Positions 20,570-30,931 of a stretch of 64,000 nucleotides of DNA are shown here, piece by piece (the stretch's first letter is position 1; every line of letters starts with the position of its first letter). The notes beneath the pieces were generated by a model. That model worked only from the letters and a program-made list of their open reading frames with translations, did no database searches and was not told the DNA's origin. This stretch comes from an uncultured delta proteobacterium (GTDB lineage: Bacteria; Myxococcota_A; Polyangia; Haliangiales; Haliangiaceae): assembly GCA_963848295.1 (NCBI GenBank), contig CAWKDB010000004.1, positions 224,001-288,000 on the forward strand. The letters are read 5' to 3'. The translations under genes and the position numbers were made by a program.

Positions 20570-21493
20570 TCACGGCCATGGCGGGGCGGCGAACCGCTTG
20601 ACGACGGCGCCCTTGTCGTCGATCAGCGCGCTATCGCCGGCGAAGGCGGGGGTCGTGCTCTGGGCGACGATCACGAACAGCCCGCCGTGGATCGGGTACA
20701 CCTCGAACGCGGGCTCATCGGTGGTGTTCGCCCGGGTGAACCTCTTCAGCGGGATGCGCTTGATTCGCTTGCCGGTCGTGATGTCCTCGAACAGCAAGCC
20801 GGGCTCGCCTTGTTCGCGCGCGGTCTCGTTGAACTGCCACACGTTGCCGGCGACTTGATGGTTGTCCTCATCGTTGGCCGATGGTGTGTCGTCGCTGACC
20901 CTGGCGATCTTCTTCCCGGTGCGCGCGCTGTACAGCGTGCCGCCGCACGGGGCGGCACACGACGCCTGTACGAACACGGTCTCGCCGAGCACCTGCATGA
21001 TGTCGCCGTACGCCCGCAGCGTGGCGAGTTGCTTGCCGGTCGCGACATCGAACGTGATGATGTTCGGCTGGTTCTCGTGCGGTAGCGACTTCTGCACCGC
21101 CACGATCGAGCGCGCCGCGTTCGTAGCGACCGGGCCATACATCTCGGGATGAGGAACCGCGATCGACTTGCACGGCGACGGCTTGGCGGTGGCGCACACG
21201 TCCACGCCGGTGGCGGTCTTGACCGCGCCAGGCGGTGGCTCGTCCGGAAAGCTCTGCGCCTGCTTCGCGACGATCGGCACCGACGCGGACTTGCCGCTCG
21301 CGAAGTCGATGTGCCAGCAATCCGCGGTCGGTTGGTCGATGGTCTTGCCCGCGCTACCGAGTACCCATTCGAACGCGTAGCGGCACAGGGTGGCGCCGTG
21401 ATCGTCGAGCGCCAAGTGCGAGACTCGCGCGTCGGCGCGCGCCTGCGCAGCAAGCCCGATCGTCGCGACCACCACGAAGGCGCGCACCATCAC
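20570..21493 (-). CDS. Hypothetical secreted beta-propeller-like protein
   Basis: Signal peptide; repeated D..TGK motifs. Confidence 0.7.
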   Translation of the reverse strand: MMVRAFVVVATIGLAAQARADARVSHLALDDHGATLCRYAFEWVLGSAGKTIDQPTADCWHIDFASGKSASVPIVAKQAQSFPDEPPPGAVKTATGVDVCATAKPSPCKSIAVPHPEMYGPVATNAARSIVAVQKSLPHENQPNIITFDVATGKQLATLRAYGDIMQVLGETVFVQASCAAPCGGTLYSARTGKKIARVSDDTPSANDEDNHQVAGNVWQFNETAREQGEPGLLFEDITTGKRIKRIPLKRFTRANTTDEPAFEVYPIHGGLFVIVAQSTTPAFAGDSALIDDKGAVVKRFAAPPWP

Positions 21494-21529
21494 GTGACAA
21501 TAGCAGACCGGTCACGCCGGTCGGGACCC

Positions 21530-22000
21530 TTACCGCGCCTCGGTGACCCGGGTCCAGACCGCGCTTTGATCGCCGTCGTAGATGGTCTCGTCGCGCTGCG
21601 AGAATCTGAACTTGTAACGGCCCAGGATCGTACCGCGGATCTTCCGGCTCTCGATCTGCGTGCACGTGATCACGATCGGTTCGCCGATCGTACCCATCTT
21701 GCGGAACCGCGCGTCGTGGATGTGCGTGCCGTAGCCGATCCAGCCATCCGCATGGCGCATCCCCAAGATGAAATACGCGTGCGCGAACCCCATGATGCCG
21801 GTCGCGTGAATCATCAGGCCACCCGAAACGTGGCGAGGATGACGCTCGGGGTGGGCGCGCTGGTCGCGCGTGATCGGCAGATCCTCGCGGGTCGGCATCC
21901 GCGCGGTGATCGAGCTCGTCGCGTGATCGATCGCGAGGATGTCGTCGATCAGCGGATCGACATACGGACAGTCATTGACGAAGTCAGCATCGAGCGCCAC
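21530..22000 (-). CDS. Hotdog-fold (FabZ/FabA-like) protein
   Basis: PYVDPLIDDILAID...HVSGGLMIH...ARFRK pattern. Confidence 0.6.
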   Translation of the reverse strand: MALDADFVNDCPYVDPLIDDILAIDHATSSITARMPTREDLPITRDQRAHPERHPRHVSGGLMIHATGIMGFAHAYFILGMRHADGWIGYGTHIHDARFRKMGTIGEPIVITCTQIESRKIRGTILGRYKFRFSQRDETIYDGDQSAVWTRVTEAR

Positions 22001-22186
22001 GCGCGACGTGTAGCACGCCGATCACGGCTCCGGGCAGCGACCGAGGCGACAGTGTTCGAGGTGGTCCGGCCGCTGTCACAGATGTGATCGACGAGCTGAG
22101 CAACGCACTCCCACCTGTCGAGCGATCACTCCCATGGCTTCTCGAGTAGCCAACGCAGAACACAGATAGTTGGCCGACGTCGACCG

Positions 22187-22202
22187 TGGTGCACTGATTG
22201 CA
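22187..22202 (+). promoter_or_regulatory. Putative sigma54 promoter
   Basis: tGGtgcactgaTTGCa, GG-N10-GC, upstream of ATG 22216. Confidence 0.45.
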
Positions 22203-22215
22203 CTCCGAGCGCGTG

Positions 22216-23925
22216 ATGAAGACTCTGCATTACATCGTGTCATGCGTGGCGATCGCGAGCTCGCTTTCGATCGCGGGCTGCATCGACGAGACCGAATCGA
22301 GCTCGACCGACGCAGTCGCCGTCACGCACAAATGGGATCTCGCGAGCCAGATGCCCGATCACCTCGCGATCATGTACTCGATGAGTTGGTTCGGAATTCC
22401 GTCGAGCGATCATCAAGGCCCGGGTCCCGATCCCGGATGGGGAAACACCGAGTGGAACGGCAACAACGCAAACGCGTGCACCACGTGCGTGCTGCGAGGC
22501 GCCGACAATGTCTGCCTCGAAACCGGCGCACCACAGCGCGACACCGCGTCTCGCCGGCGGATGATCGCGGGGATCTATTCGGCGAGCGCGCTCGATGCCG
22601 AGGGCAAGGCCCGCACCGACCTCATGCTGTCGCAACTACGCCGACCGTGTGACGACGGCGCAAAGCTCGACGCGTGGTCGGTCCAGCTCGCGGGCACACA
22701 CGGCTCGCCGGCACATCCCGGGAACCCACAGAGCACGACCGGCAGGATCGCGTACCACGCGCTGGTCGGCTTCCTCGACCAGGCGGACGCCGCTGGCATG
22801 ACCGACGTCATCGCGCCCGGCGACGACACGAGCTGGTACTTCGGATTCGGCGGCGCGATCGGGTTGCCCAATTGCAGCTCGACCGGCAAGGCGGCGTGCA
22901 TGACCGCGCTCAAGCAGGACCTCGTCGACATGGTGGACCTGTCGTTGCAGCACCCGTCGGCGCTCAAGCTCGCGGGCAAGCCGGTCGTCACGATCTACTT
23001 CCGGCCGTCGGATCTGACCTCGGCGCAGTGGATGACCATCGTCAACAACGCGCGCGGCGCGAGCGGGCACGACTTCTACGTGATCGCGATGGTGCAGGGG
23101 GTCGGTCACGCCGACTATTTCAACGCGTTCGACGGGATGATGCCGTGGCTCCAACAAGGCGACCTGTGGAACAAGGGCAGCTCCGGTTCGACCGTGCGCG
23201 CGCACGCCGCGAGCTGGGCGGCCAAGCTCCACGATCCACTCTTTGCTGCCTTGCCGAGCTATCCCGGCCGCGTCGTGTTCGGCGGGATGACGCCGGGGTT
23301 CGACGATTACACGATGAGCTGGGGTGGTCACGTCGAGCGCCAATTACCGACCGGCGACCCGCGCGATCCGCAGCTCTTGCTCGGCGAGTTCGACTATTTC
23401 AAGTCGAAGAACATGAAGGGCGTGATCGGCGAGACGTGGGATGACTGGACCGAAGGCTCGCATTTCGAGCCGGACGTCGTCGGCGGCGCGGCCTTGCTCG
23501 TGGAGATGCGCCAACAGCTCGCGGGCCTGTTCGGCGAACCACAGGATCCCGCCGGCGACACCAGGCTCTCGACCCAGTGGTCATCGTACGGTCAGACCCG
23601 CAACTGTACGGGCAACACGCACGGCACGCCTCCCGTCACCGAGCTCACCTGTCCGGGGGCGGCCGTCACGATCCAGTCCCCCACCTCGGGCTCGACGGTC
23701 TCGAATCCCGTCGCGGTCAAGGCGAAATACTCTGGGACGCTAACGCCGAATCACTTCGAGGTCTGGCATGACGGCACCAAGCTCGGCAACGTCCCGGTTG
23801 CCGCCGGCGACACGATGAGCGCGAGTTATTCGATCGCCGCCGGCACGCACGTCCTGACCGTCCTGGCCGTCGATAGCGAAGGTCACGTCATCAAGAGCGT
23901 ACCGTTGACGTTCAGCACGAGATAG
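22216..23925 (+). CDS. GH99/GH71-like glycoside hydrolase lipoprotein with C-terminal Ig-like domain
   Basis: Lipobox IAGC; PGFDD and ETWDDWTEGSHFEP (GH99-like WNxWxEGxxxEP); C-terminal VTIQSP..G.TVS Ig-like domain. Confidence 0.7.
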   Translation: MKTLHYIVSCVAIASSLSIAGCIDETESSSTDAVAVTHKWDLASQMPDHLAIMYSMSWFGIPSSDHQGPGPDPGWGNTEWNGNNANACTTCVLRGADNVCLETGAPQRDTASRRRMIAGIYSASALDAEGKARTDLMLSQLRRPCDDGAKLDAWSVQLAGTHGSPAHPGNPQSTTGRIAYHALVGFLDQADAAGMTDVIAPGDDTSWYFGFGGAIGLPNCSSTGKAACMTALKQDLVDMVDLSLQHPSALKLAGKPVVTIYFRPSDLTSAQWMTIVNNARGASGHDFYVIAMVQGVGHADYFNAFDGMMPWLQQGDLWNKGSSGSTVRAHAASWAAKLHDPLFAALPSYPGRVVFGGMTPGFDDYTMSWGGHVERQLPTGDPRDPQLLLGEFDYFKSKNMKGVIGETWDDWTEGSHFEPDVVGGAALLVEMRQQLAGLFGEPQDPAGDTRLSTQWSSYGQTRNCTGNTHGTPPVTELTCPGAAVTIQSPTSGSTVSNPVAVKAKYSGTLTPNHFEVWHDGTKLGNVPVAAGDTMSASYSIAAGTHVLTVLAVDSEGHVIKSVPLTFSTR

Positions 23926-25108
23926 ATCGCGGGGCGGCCTGCGTCTCGTCTGGCGCGGGTTGCCTTGGCAGCTCGATCGTGAACGTAGAGCCGGCGTTGG
24001 GTCGACTCTCGACGCTGATCGTCCCGCGGTGCGCTTCGACGAGGCCGCGCACGATGTAGAGCCCGAGGCCGAGCCCGGCATAAGGGCGCGTCGACACCGC
24101 TCGCTCGTCGCGGCGAGAGATCCGCTCTGCGTCTGCCGGAGCGATGCCGATGCCGTGATCCGTCACGATCAGCCGCGCGTTCGCTCCGTCCGCGGTCACC
24201 GCGATCTCGATCGGCTTGCCAGCGCCGAGCTTGAAGGCGTTCGTCAGGAGATTCGTCACGATCTGGTCGAGGCGTCGCCGATCCCAGCTCCCGACGACCG
24301 GCTCGCGCGCGATCAGCTCGACGGTGCAACGCGCCTTGGCAGCGGCATCCGCGAACCGCTCGATGCTCTCGCGCGCGAGCGCCGCGAGGTCGGTGTCCTC
24401 GCGCTTGAGGCTCAACCGCCCGGCGGTGATCCGCGAGACGTCGAGCAACTCGGTGATGAGCCGCGACAGCCGGTCGACCTGTCGCGCCGCGACCTCGAGC
24501 TTTTTCTTCAGCTGCGGGGGCGACACGACCGCCGTCGGGTCACGCCGTGGCGGCTCCAGTAGCATCTCGATCTCCAGTTGCAGGGCCGACAGCGGCGTAC
24601 GCAGCTCGTGCGAGGCGACCGATAGGAGCTCGTCGCGCCCACGGATCGCATCGACCGCCTCGCGATGCAAGTGCTCGTGCTCGAGCCGCGCCCGAGTGAC
24701 CTCGGTGACGTCGCGTGCGATCCACGCGATGCGGCCGCCATCGACGCGAATGAGCTGGAGCGACACGTCGACCGGGCCCGCACGCGGGTCGCGGCGGCGG
24801 AGCTTGGTCGACGTCGTCATCGCGGTCTTCGTACCGGCGATCAGCGGGGCGAGGAGCTCGCGAACACCGGCTTCGTCGTGCTCGGCCGTGAAGTCGATCG
24901 GCTGCATCTGCAACAGCTCGTCCCGCGGGTAGCCGAGCAAGGTGCTCGCCCCGCGGTTCACGTAGACGACGCGCCCATCGTCCGGATCGAAGATCAGGAC
25001 CGCATCGAGCACCGCGTCCAGCACCGCACCGAGCATTCCCTCGAGCGGCTGGTCGTCGGTGGGCGGCACGTCACGATTCGGTGCAATCCGACGGCCATTT
25101 CTACTCAC
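23912..25108 (-). CDS. PAS-domain sensor histidine kinase
   Basis: PAS, VASHELRTPL H-box, NLLTNA, DHGIGI, GLGLGLYI; GTGA overlap with the upstream receiver gene. Confidence 0.9.
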   Translation of the reverse strand: MSRNGRRIAPNRDVPPTDDQPLEGMLGAVLDAVLDAVLIFDPDDGRVVYVNRGASTLLGYPRDELLQMQPIDFTAEHDEAGVRELLAPLIAGTKTAMTTSTKLRRRDPRAGPVDVSLQLIRVDGGRIAWIARDVTEVTRARLEHEHLHREAVDAIRGRDELLSVASHELRTPLSALQLEIEMLLEPPRRDPTAVVSPPQLKKKLEVAARQVDRLSRLITELLDVSRITAGRLSLKREDTDLAALARESIERFADAAAKARCTVELIAREPVVGSWDRRRLDQIVTNLLTNAFKLGAGKPIEIAVTADGANARLIVTDHGIGIAPADAERISRRDERAVSTRPYAGLGLGLYIVRGLVEAHRGTISVESRPNAGSTFTIELPRQPAPDETQAAPRSISC

Positions 25109-25470
25109 GACGCGTGCGCCGGACACCTCGCGGCCACGAAGTCGAGCAATGCCTCCTTGTCGAGAGGCTTCGTGAAGATCGGATAGCCCCGGGGAGCGAG
25201 GCACGGAGAGCCGGTGATGATCGCCACGGGTGTGTCAGTAACGCGCGGCTCTCGCTTCATGTAGTCGAGCAGCTCGTGACCGACGATGCCCGGCATCAGT
25301 AGATCGACGAGAATGACGCAGGGCAGCGCACCGTCTTCCAGCAAGTTGATCGCGTCCGCGCCGTTGCCCGCGAGCACGACATCATAACCTTCTCGCGACA
25401 ATAGCTCGTCGAGCGCCGCCTGAACGGCGACGTCATCCTCGACGACGAGCACCTGGCCACGATCGACCAT
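25105..25470 (-). CDS. Single-domain response regulator
   Basis: VLVVEDD, VDLLMP, IITG, KP. Confidence 0.9.
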   Translation of the reverse strand: MVDRGQVLVVEDDVAVQAALDELLSREGYDVVLAGNGADAINLLEDGALPCVILVDLLMPGIVGHELLDYMKREPRVTDTPVAIITGSPCLAPRGYPIFTKPLDKEALLDFVAARCPAHAS

Positions 25471-25482
25471 GCTGATTCTCCG

Positions 25483-25498
25483 TGCACCACACGTGCCG
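25483..25498 (-). promoter_or_regulatory. Putative sigma54 promoter
   Basis: cGGCACGtgtggTGCa on - strand, just upstream of the receiver gene. Confidence 0.45.
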
Positions 25499-25529
25499 CC
25501 CTTTATGACGCGATTCGTCGTCGGTCCGC

Positions 25530-25775
25530 TCAGCCCGAACCGGTGGCGCGAGTCGCCTGCCGGTAGAACACCGTGATCGCGATGCAGTGAAACGCCGCGT
25601 CGCTCGACTGCGTCACCGTGATGTCGGTGAGCTGGACGTTCGCGTTTGCGGCGATCCAATCGGAAACGACTTCGCCGAGACGAGATCGCTGCTCGAACAT
25701 CGTCGCCGAGAACACCTTCACCGAGTTGAATTGAACGTCTGGGTGCAGAACCAAGTTCCCCGACACTGCGCTCAT
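25530..25775 (-). CDS. Small conserved myxobacterial-type protein
   Basis: VKVFSAT...LGE...W...QSSD..FHC..IT.FY pattern. Confidence 0.7.
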   Translation of the reverse strand: MSAVSGNLVLHPDVQFNSVKVFSATMFEQRSRLGEVVSDWIAANANVQLTDITVTQSSDAAFHCIAITVFYRQATRATGSG

Positions 25776-25855
25776 CCGCTAATGGTAGCGCGCCGCGCGT
25801 GCTAACCAACCATGCGGCACCGCGATTCGCTCGGCTGAAATACGCCAACCGCGCT

Positions 25856-26653
25856 TCAAAAGAACCGCAGGAGCCGGCGCAGCCTCGAGCGCAGCAGGTC
25901 GTTCGGATCGGTCCCGAAGGCACCCCACATCAGCCATCCCGCCTGCACCGGATTGCGGATCTCGCCGGCGCCGACCTGCGTGACCTCGGTCGTGTCGGGA
26001 TCGACCCACGTCCCGAACAGCCGATCCCAGACCGAGAACACGACGCCGTAGTTCGCGTTGTAGTGCTCGGGCGCCGCGCTGTGATGGATGTAATGCGAGC
26101 GCGGCGTGACCAGCACGGACTCGAGCCAGTTCGATCGCCACCTGAAGTTCATGTGCATCCAGTGGTTGGTCAGGATGTTGAGGAACAGCAGCCCGGTGAA
26201 CACACTCCGTGGCGCATCGAACACGAGCGGCGCCCACAGGATGTAGGGCAGGTTCGATAACGTCTGCTGCCAGATCGTGCTGCGCACGCCGGCGAGCCAG
26301 TACATCTGCGTCGTGGAGTGGTGGAAGTGATGCACGCGCCACAAGTGCTTCGTGTGGGTGAGCCGGTGCATCCAGTAGCCGCCGAAGTCGCCGACGATGT
26401 AGTACGCGACGACGCGCACCGGCAACGGAATCGACAGCAAGAGCTTCGCCGGCTTGAACGACAAAGGGATGTGCGAGCGCAGGACGTACGCCCAGTACAC
26501 GACGATGAACTGGTAGAAGAAGAACGCCGCGATATCGAGCACCAGCGCGTCACCGGCCCAGTAATTGAGCTTGCGCGCGGGTCGTACGAGCTCGAGCACG
26601 GTCGCGATGAGGCCGAGGCCGAAGTACATGATCCAGAACTTCAGCGGCGGCAC
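25856..26653 (-). CDS. Sterol desaturase / fatty acid hydroxylase family
   Basis: His boxes YWMHRLTH, HHFHHS, HYIHH; NYG..FS.WDRLFGT. Confidence 0.92.
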   Translation of the reverse strand: MPPLKFWIMYFGLGLIATVLELVRPARKLNYWAGDALVLDIAAFFFYQFIVVYWAYVLRSHIPLSFKPAKLLLSIPLPVRVVAYYIVGDFGGYWMHRLTHTKHLWRVHHFHHSTTQMYWLAGVRSTIWQQTLSNLPYILWAPLVFDAPRSVFTGLLFLNILTNHWMHMNFRWRSNWLESVLVTPRSHYIHHSAAPEHYNANYGVVFSVWDRLFGTWVDPDTTEVTQVGAGEIRNPVQAGWLMWGAFGTDPNDLLRSRLRRLLRFF

Positions 26654-26782
26654 GACGGGGATGTTGCCAGGCGTGGCCGCCCGATGGAACCCTCAGATTT
26701 TCGAGGGCGCGCAGACCACGACGTGTCGGGGCGCTGAGCCTTGCGAGCCGGTGGCACGATCTATGATCGCCAAACCCGGCGG

Positions 26783-27931
26783 TCACATCATCGTGAGCGT
26801 GATGCCACCGTGGGCGAACGCGTCGCTCGGAGCCTCGTTCCACAGTTGTTCTTCGGGCTCGCCCGTCGACAGGCTGCCGAGACGATAGGTCTCGTAATCG
26901 ACGCCGAGCCCGATGCTGTCGACCTCGTACATCAGGGCACCCGACACCAGGTTGCACGCGTCGTAGGGCGCGGGCAGGTGTGGAACGCGCACGGCGGCGC
27001 CGATGTCGCGCGCCGAGGTGAAGTGATTGCAGGTGGGCGATCCAGTCGTGATCACGACGCCGTCGATCGCGATCGGCCCACCGCCATGCTCCGTCCAGCT
27101 CACGTCGTCGCCGCTCGTCGTGACCGCGTCGATCCACGGCATCAGGTTCGCGGCGAAGTCGCCGGTGCCGCTCGCGAACGGCACGCGCCGGGCAAACATC
27201 TGGCCGTGGGGCGAATCGTCGATCTGGAACTGCAGCGCGAGCTCGGCGCCGGGAATCACCGGCAGGTCGAACGTGTACGACGAGCCACCGATCGTGCCTT
27301 GCGCGATCACCCAGTCGCCGTCGAGCACCTGCGCGGACAGGAACGGATCCGTCGCGTCCGGGACGTTGATGGCCGACAGCGTGATCGGGCTCGGGACCAC
27401 GTAACTCGCGCCGGCGAGCGAGATCGCCGACGCGAGCGCGACGTCTCGGCTGAGAAACGACACGGTTGCGGTAGGGGTCTGCGCCTCGACGTAGAAGTCG
27501 GTGGCGCTCGCGCAGCCCGCCCCCGAGACCGCGACCGTCGTCGTTGCGCTCTCGCCATACGCGCACGGCGCGCGCACGATGTACTTGGTCGTACCCGGAT
27601 ACTCGGGGACGTCGATCGTCAGCTGAGACAACACCGGATCCGGATCCGGAAGCGTGATCGCGTATGCGTCACCCAGCTCGACGCCGGCGTACGTGTACAC
27701 GCTGGAGGGAAGCGCGCTGTCCGGTATGTAGACGCTGACGCTGCCGCCGGCCTCCATCGACGCTTGCGCAAGACCGTCGGCATCGGGGGCCATCGTCGCG
27801 ACCACGGAGTCGTCGGCAGCGAGAAACACGACGGCGGTGCTCGGCGGCGCGTGCTGGACGGTGACACTCACGATCCCGGTATCGGCACCGGTGCATGCAG
27901 CGGCAGACAACAGTAGTGGATAGATCCTCAT
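26783..27931 (-). CDS. Hypothetical lipoprotein
   Basis: MRIYPLLLSAAAC lipobox; acidic beta-rich body. Confidence 0.75.
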   Translation of the reverse strand: MRIYPLLLSAAACTGADTGIVSVTVQHAPPSTAVVFLAADDSVVATMAPDADGLAQASMEAGGSVSVYIPDSALPSSVYTYAGVELGDAYAITLPDPDPVLSQLTIDVPEYPGTTKYIVRAPCAYGESATTTVAVSGAGCASATDFYVEAQTPTATVSFLSRDVALASAISLAGASYVVPSPITLSAINVPDATDPFLSAQVLDGDWVIAQGTIGGSSYTFDLPVIPGAELALQFQIDDSPHGQMFARRVPFASGTGDFAANLMPWIDAVTTSGDDVSWTEHGGGPIAIDGVVITTGSPTCNHFTSARDIGAAVRVPHLPAPYDACNLVSGALMYEVDSIGLGVDYETYRLGSLSTGEPEEQLWNEAPSDAFAHGGITLTMM

Positions 27932-28142
27932 GCGAAGACGCTACCAGCGACGCTCCGTGATCACTGCATCGCGATCGCGACACGAGCTCACAACAGATGG
28001 CGCGACGCGATCGCGAAGCCTCAACGACAAGACGTAAGAAACAATTTTTCCTCCCGACCGGAGTCTCGGCATCTAACGTAGGGCATGAGCCTGGCCGCCG
28101 CTCGCGCCGTTGGGATCGTCCAACCAAGCTTCGGCCAGCGCC

Positions 28143-28757
28143 TCACGGTTGGCGTTGGTAGCCGACCACCGACGTGACTCCATCGCCGAGCTGCGTGGAG
28201 ATGACGATCTCGGTCGGGCTCGAGAACATGCTGTAGCCCACGCTCAGCGTCGCGGCCGCCGGGCAGGTGCGCGTGAGCTGCAGCGTCGGCGAGGTATTGA
28301 CCACGCTGAACGTCTCGTTGATCAGCGGCGCGTCCCCCGGGGGCCGACGCGCCCATTGCCAGGTGGAGCCATCGATCGCGATGGCCTCGCCATCGCCGGC
28401 TCCGAACAAGGTGACCGACGACCCATCGGGTCCGGTGAAATTGTTGCGCACCACGGCGACGTAGCGGCCATCGGGGATCGTGCCGCCGGTGGCAAACAGC
28501 GGGTTGTCGTCGATCTGCAAGATGTCGAGGTTGGGGCCGGGGACCACCGCGTTGCAGCCGCCGGCATCGGGCGGCGACACCGTGGCGTCGGCCGGCGATG
28601 CCGCAGTGTCTGCGCCTCCGAGCATGGCGTCGACCAGGCCGATCGCGGCGTCGCCCGTGCGGATCGTCGCGTCTGCTGCGAGTCCCGAGTCGTGACACGA
28701 CGCGACGCTGATGACGACGGTCGTGCCGATCACGGCGAGAAGCGTGAGGCGACGCAT
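28143..28757 (-). CDS. Hypothetical lipoprotein
   Basis: MRRLTLLAVIGTTVVISVASC; DA-rich linker. The upstream part of the track ORF is antisense shadow of the Sel1 gene. Confidence 0.7.
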   Translation of the reverse strand: MRRLTLLAVIGTTVVISVASCHDSGLAADATIRTGDAAIGLVDAMLGGADTAASPADATVSPPDAGGCNAVVPGPNLDILQIDDNPLFATGGTIPDGRYVAVVRNNFTGPDGSSVTLFGAGDGEAIAIDGSTWQWARRPPGDAPLINETFSVVNTSPTLQLTRTCPAAATLSVGYSMFSSPTEIVISTQLGDGVTSVVGYQRQP

Positions 28758-28856
28758 GCCCGAGCAAGACGCGGAATCGCATCCGTCGCAAGGTTTCGCT
28801 GACCGATGTCCGATCGTATTCGTGCATGGCGCGGGGCTCGTGCGTAGAGATCGAGC

Positions 28857-30077
28857 ATGGCGCAACGAAGCTACGTGGCACTGACGATGGCCTTGCTCGG
28901 CTGCAGCTGCGCCGGACCCGCGCCGGCGACGAAACCGCTGCGCGTTGCGGGTGCGGATTGCCGCGCGATCACGACGGTGGCCGATGTCGAGCGCTGCTAC
29001 GTCGTCACGACGAACGCGGGCGCGCTTGCCGTGGTGACGCCGCGGGTCGCCGACCTCGTCCGCAAGGCGTGCGACGACGGCGTCGCGGCCGGGTGCATGG
29101 TACTCGGCACGTTCTACGATCGCGGCGCCGGTGTCGCGATCGATCGCGAGCGAGCCGCGCAGCTCTATGCGAAGGCGTGCGACCAGCGCTCGAGCTATGC
29201 GTGCCACAACCTCGGTGACATGTACGACAAGGGCGATGGGCGCCCGATGGACCACGCCGCGGCGAGAGGGCTGTTCGGGCGAGCGTGCGATAATGGCTTT
29301 GCAGGCGATTGCTTCGATCTCGGATACGCCTACCAGACCGGCACGAACGTCGAGGCCGATCCGCTCCGCGCCGTCGCGTTGTACGAGAAAGCATGCGAGG
29401 GCGGGTGGGCGGCCGGGTGCACGAACCTGGGGATCATGTACGAGACCGGCAGCGCCATCGCGAAAGACGCGCGCCGCGCGGCCGCGCTCTATGCGAAGGG
29501 CTGCGATCGCGGCAATGCGACGAGCTGCAACAATCTCGGTGCGATGACCGAGCACGGCACCGCGATCCCGGCCGACGCCGCGCACGCGCTCGCGCTGTAC
29601 GAACGCGCATGCGCCGCGCACTTCGAGGTCGCATGCGCAAACGCCGCGCTGTTGTACGAGCGAGACGAATCGACGACGACCAAGGGCATCGCCCTGCACG
29701 AACAAGCGTGCGAGTCCGGTTACGGCAAGGCCTGTTACGACCTCGCCCTGCTCGTCGATCGCCGCAACGGTCCGAACGACGGACCGCGCGCCGTCGCGCT
29801 CTATACCCGATCGTGCAAGCTCGGCACGGCGACCGGATGCCACAATCTCGCGGTGATGTACATGACCGCCGACCGGGTCGCCAAGGATGAAGCCCGGGCG
29901 CTCGAACTGTTCACCCAGGCCTGTGACACCGGGCTCGCGACCTCGTGCTCGAACCTCGGCGTCATGTTCCACAACGGGACCGGCGTTGCGGTGGACAAGG
30001 CGCGGGCGACCGAGCTGTTTCGCCGGGCGTGCAACGGCGGCGACGAGGACGCGTGCCGCAATTTGGCGGTGAAATAA
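28857..30077 (+). CDS. Sel1-like (Cys-rich, Hcp-type) repeat protein
   Basis: Repeats ACD.G...GC.NLG.MY..G.G. Confidence 0.92.
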   Translation: MAQRSYVALTMALLGCSCAGPAPATKPLRVAGADCRAITTVADVERCYVVTTNAGALAVVTPRVADLVRKACDDGVAAGCMVLGTFYDRGAGVAIDRERAAQLYAKACDQRSSYACHNLGDMYDKGDGRPMDHAAARGLFGRACDNGFAGDCFDLGYAYQTGTNVEADPLRAVALYEKACEGGWAAGCTNLGIMYETGSAIAKDARRAAALYAKGCDRGNATSCNNLGAMTEHGTAIPADAAHALALYERACAAHFEVACANAALLYERDESTTTKGIALHEQACESGYGKACYDLALLVDRRNGPNDGPRAVALYTRSCKLGTATGCHNLAVMYMTADRVAKDEARALELFTQACDTGLATSCSNLGVMFHNGTGVAVDKARATELFRRACNGGDEDACRNLAVK

Positions 30078-30171
30078 CAGCGGTGAAGCCGTCGCTGCGG
30101 TCTGGCGTCAGATCGGCCAGTCGACCGTCAGCGGGTTGACGCGTCTTCCAGGCGCGGGCTCGAGGGCGCGG

Positions 30172-30909
30172 TCATGCCGCGCCCGACTCGCCGAGCGCCG
30201 TTCGCCCGGCGTTATCCGCGAGCGCGAGCAACCGGGCGGTGGAGTCGGCGAGTGCGGCCTGCCGCCGACCCGCAGCGCTCGCTCGACTCCGTCGCTGGAT
30301 GAAGAACGCCGCGGCCCCCGCAACGACGAGCGGGCCGGCCACGATCGCCGCAGCGCGCGTGCTGCCCTCCGTCGCCACGATGCCGATGCCCGCGAGACAG
30401 GGCACGACCCAGGCCAGCGCCGCGATCGCCGGGTTCGCGAACCAGCTGAACCGCGCCATCCCGATCTCGATCTCGATCGCCACCACCTCGACGATGGCCT
30501 TGTTGATCGCCCGGGCGCACCTCCAGACGCGCTCGTCGCGATTTCCGGTGAGCGCCTCGTAACGATCCTGTGCGCGCTGGAGGAGCGAGTCACCGCTCGG
30601 GTTCTGCAGGCAGTAGTCGAGGAACGCGCGGTGCGCCGCCGGCACCTCCCACTCGGCGACCACGCTGCGCCACAGCTCGTCAAACCGCACGGCGACCGCG
30701 GGGTTGAACAGCTTGAGCAGATCGAGGTCGGGTCGCTCGATGTCCGTGCAGGTTTCCTTGTACCGCGCGGCCGAGACATCGACGACGAGCGGCGCCGGGC
30801 CGGCCGCGGGCGTGGCGAGCACCGCGCCGCAGAACGAGCACTTCTCGATCGAGGCACCCGCAGGCAATAGCGCGCCGCAGTTCGGGCACCGGAGCGGCTC
30901 GAGCGTCAC
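30172..30909 (-). CDS. Zinc-ribbon membrane protein
   Basis: CPNCGA...CSFCG; two C-terminal TM helices. Confidence 0.65.
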   Translation of the reverse strand: MTLEPLRCPNCGALLPAGASIEKCSFCGAVLATPAAGPAPLVVDVSAARYKETCTDIERPDLDLLKLFNPAVAVRFDELWRSVVAEWEVPAAHRAFLDYCLQNPSGDSLLQRAQDRYEALTGNRDERVWRCARAINKAIVEVVAIEIEIGMARFSWFANPAIAALAWVVPCLAGIGIVATEGSTRAAAIVAGPLVVAGAAAFFIQRRSRASAAGRRQAALADSTARLLALADNAGRTALGESGAA

Positions 30910-30931
30910 GTCGCCACCAGATCGCGGCAGC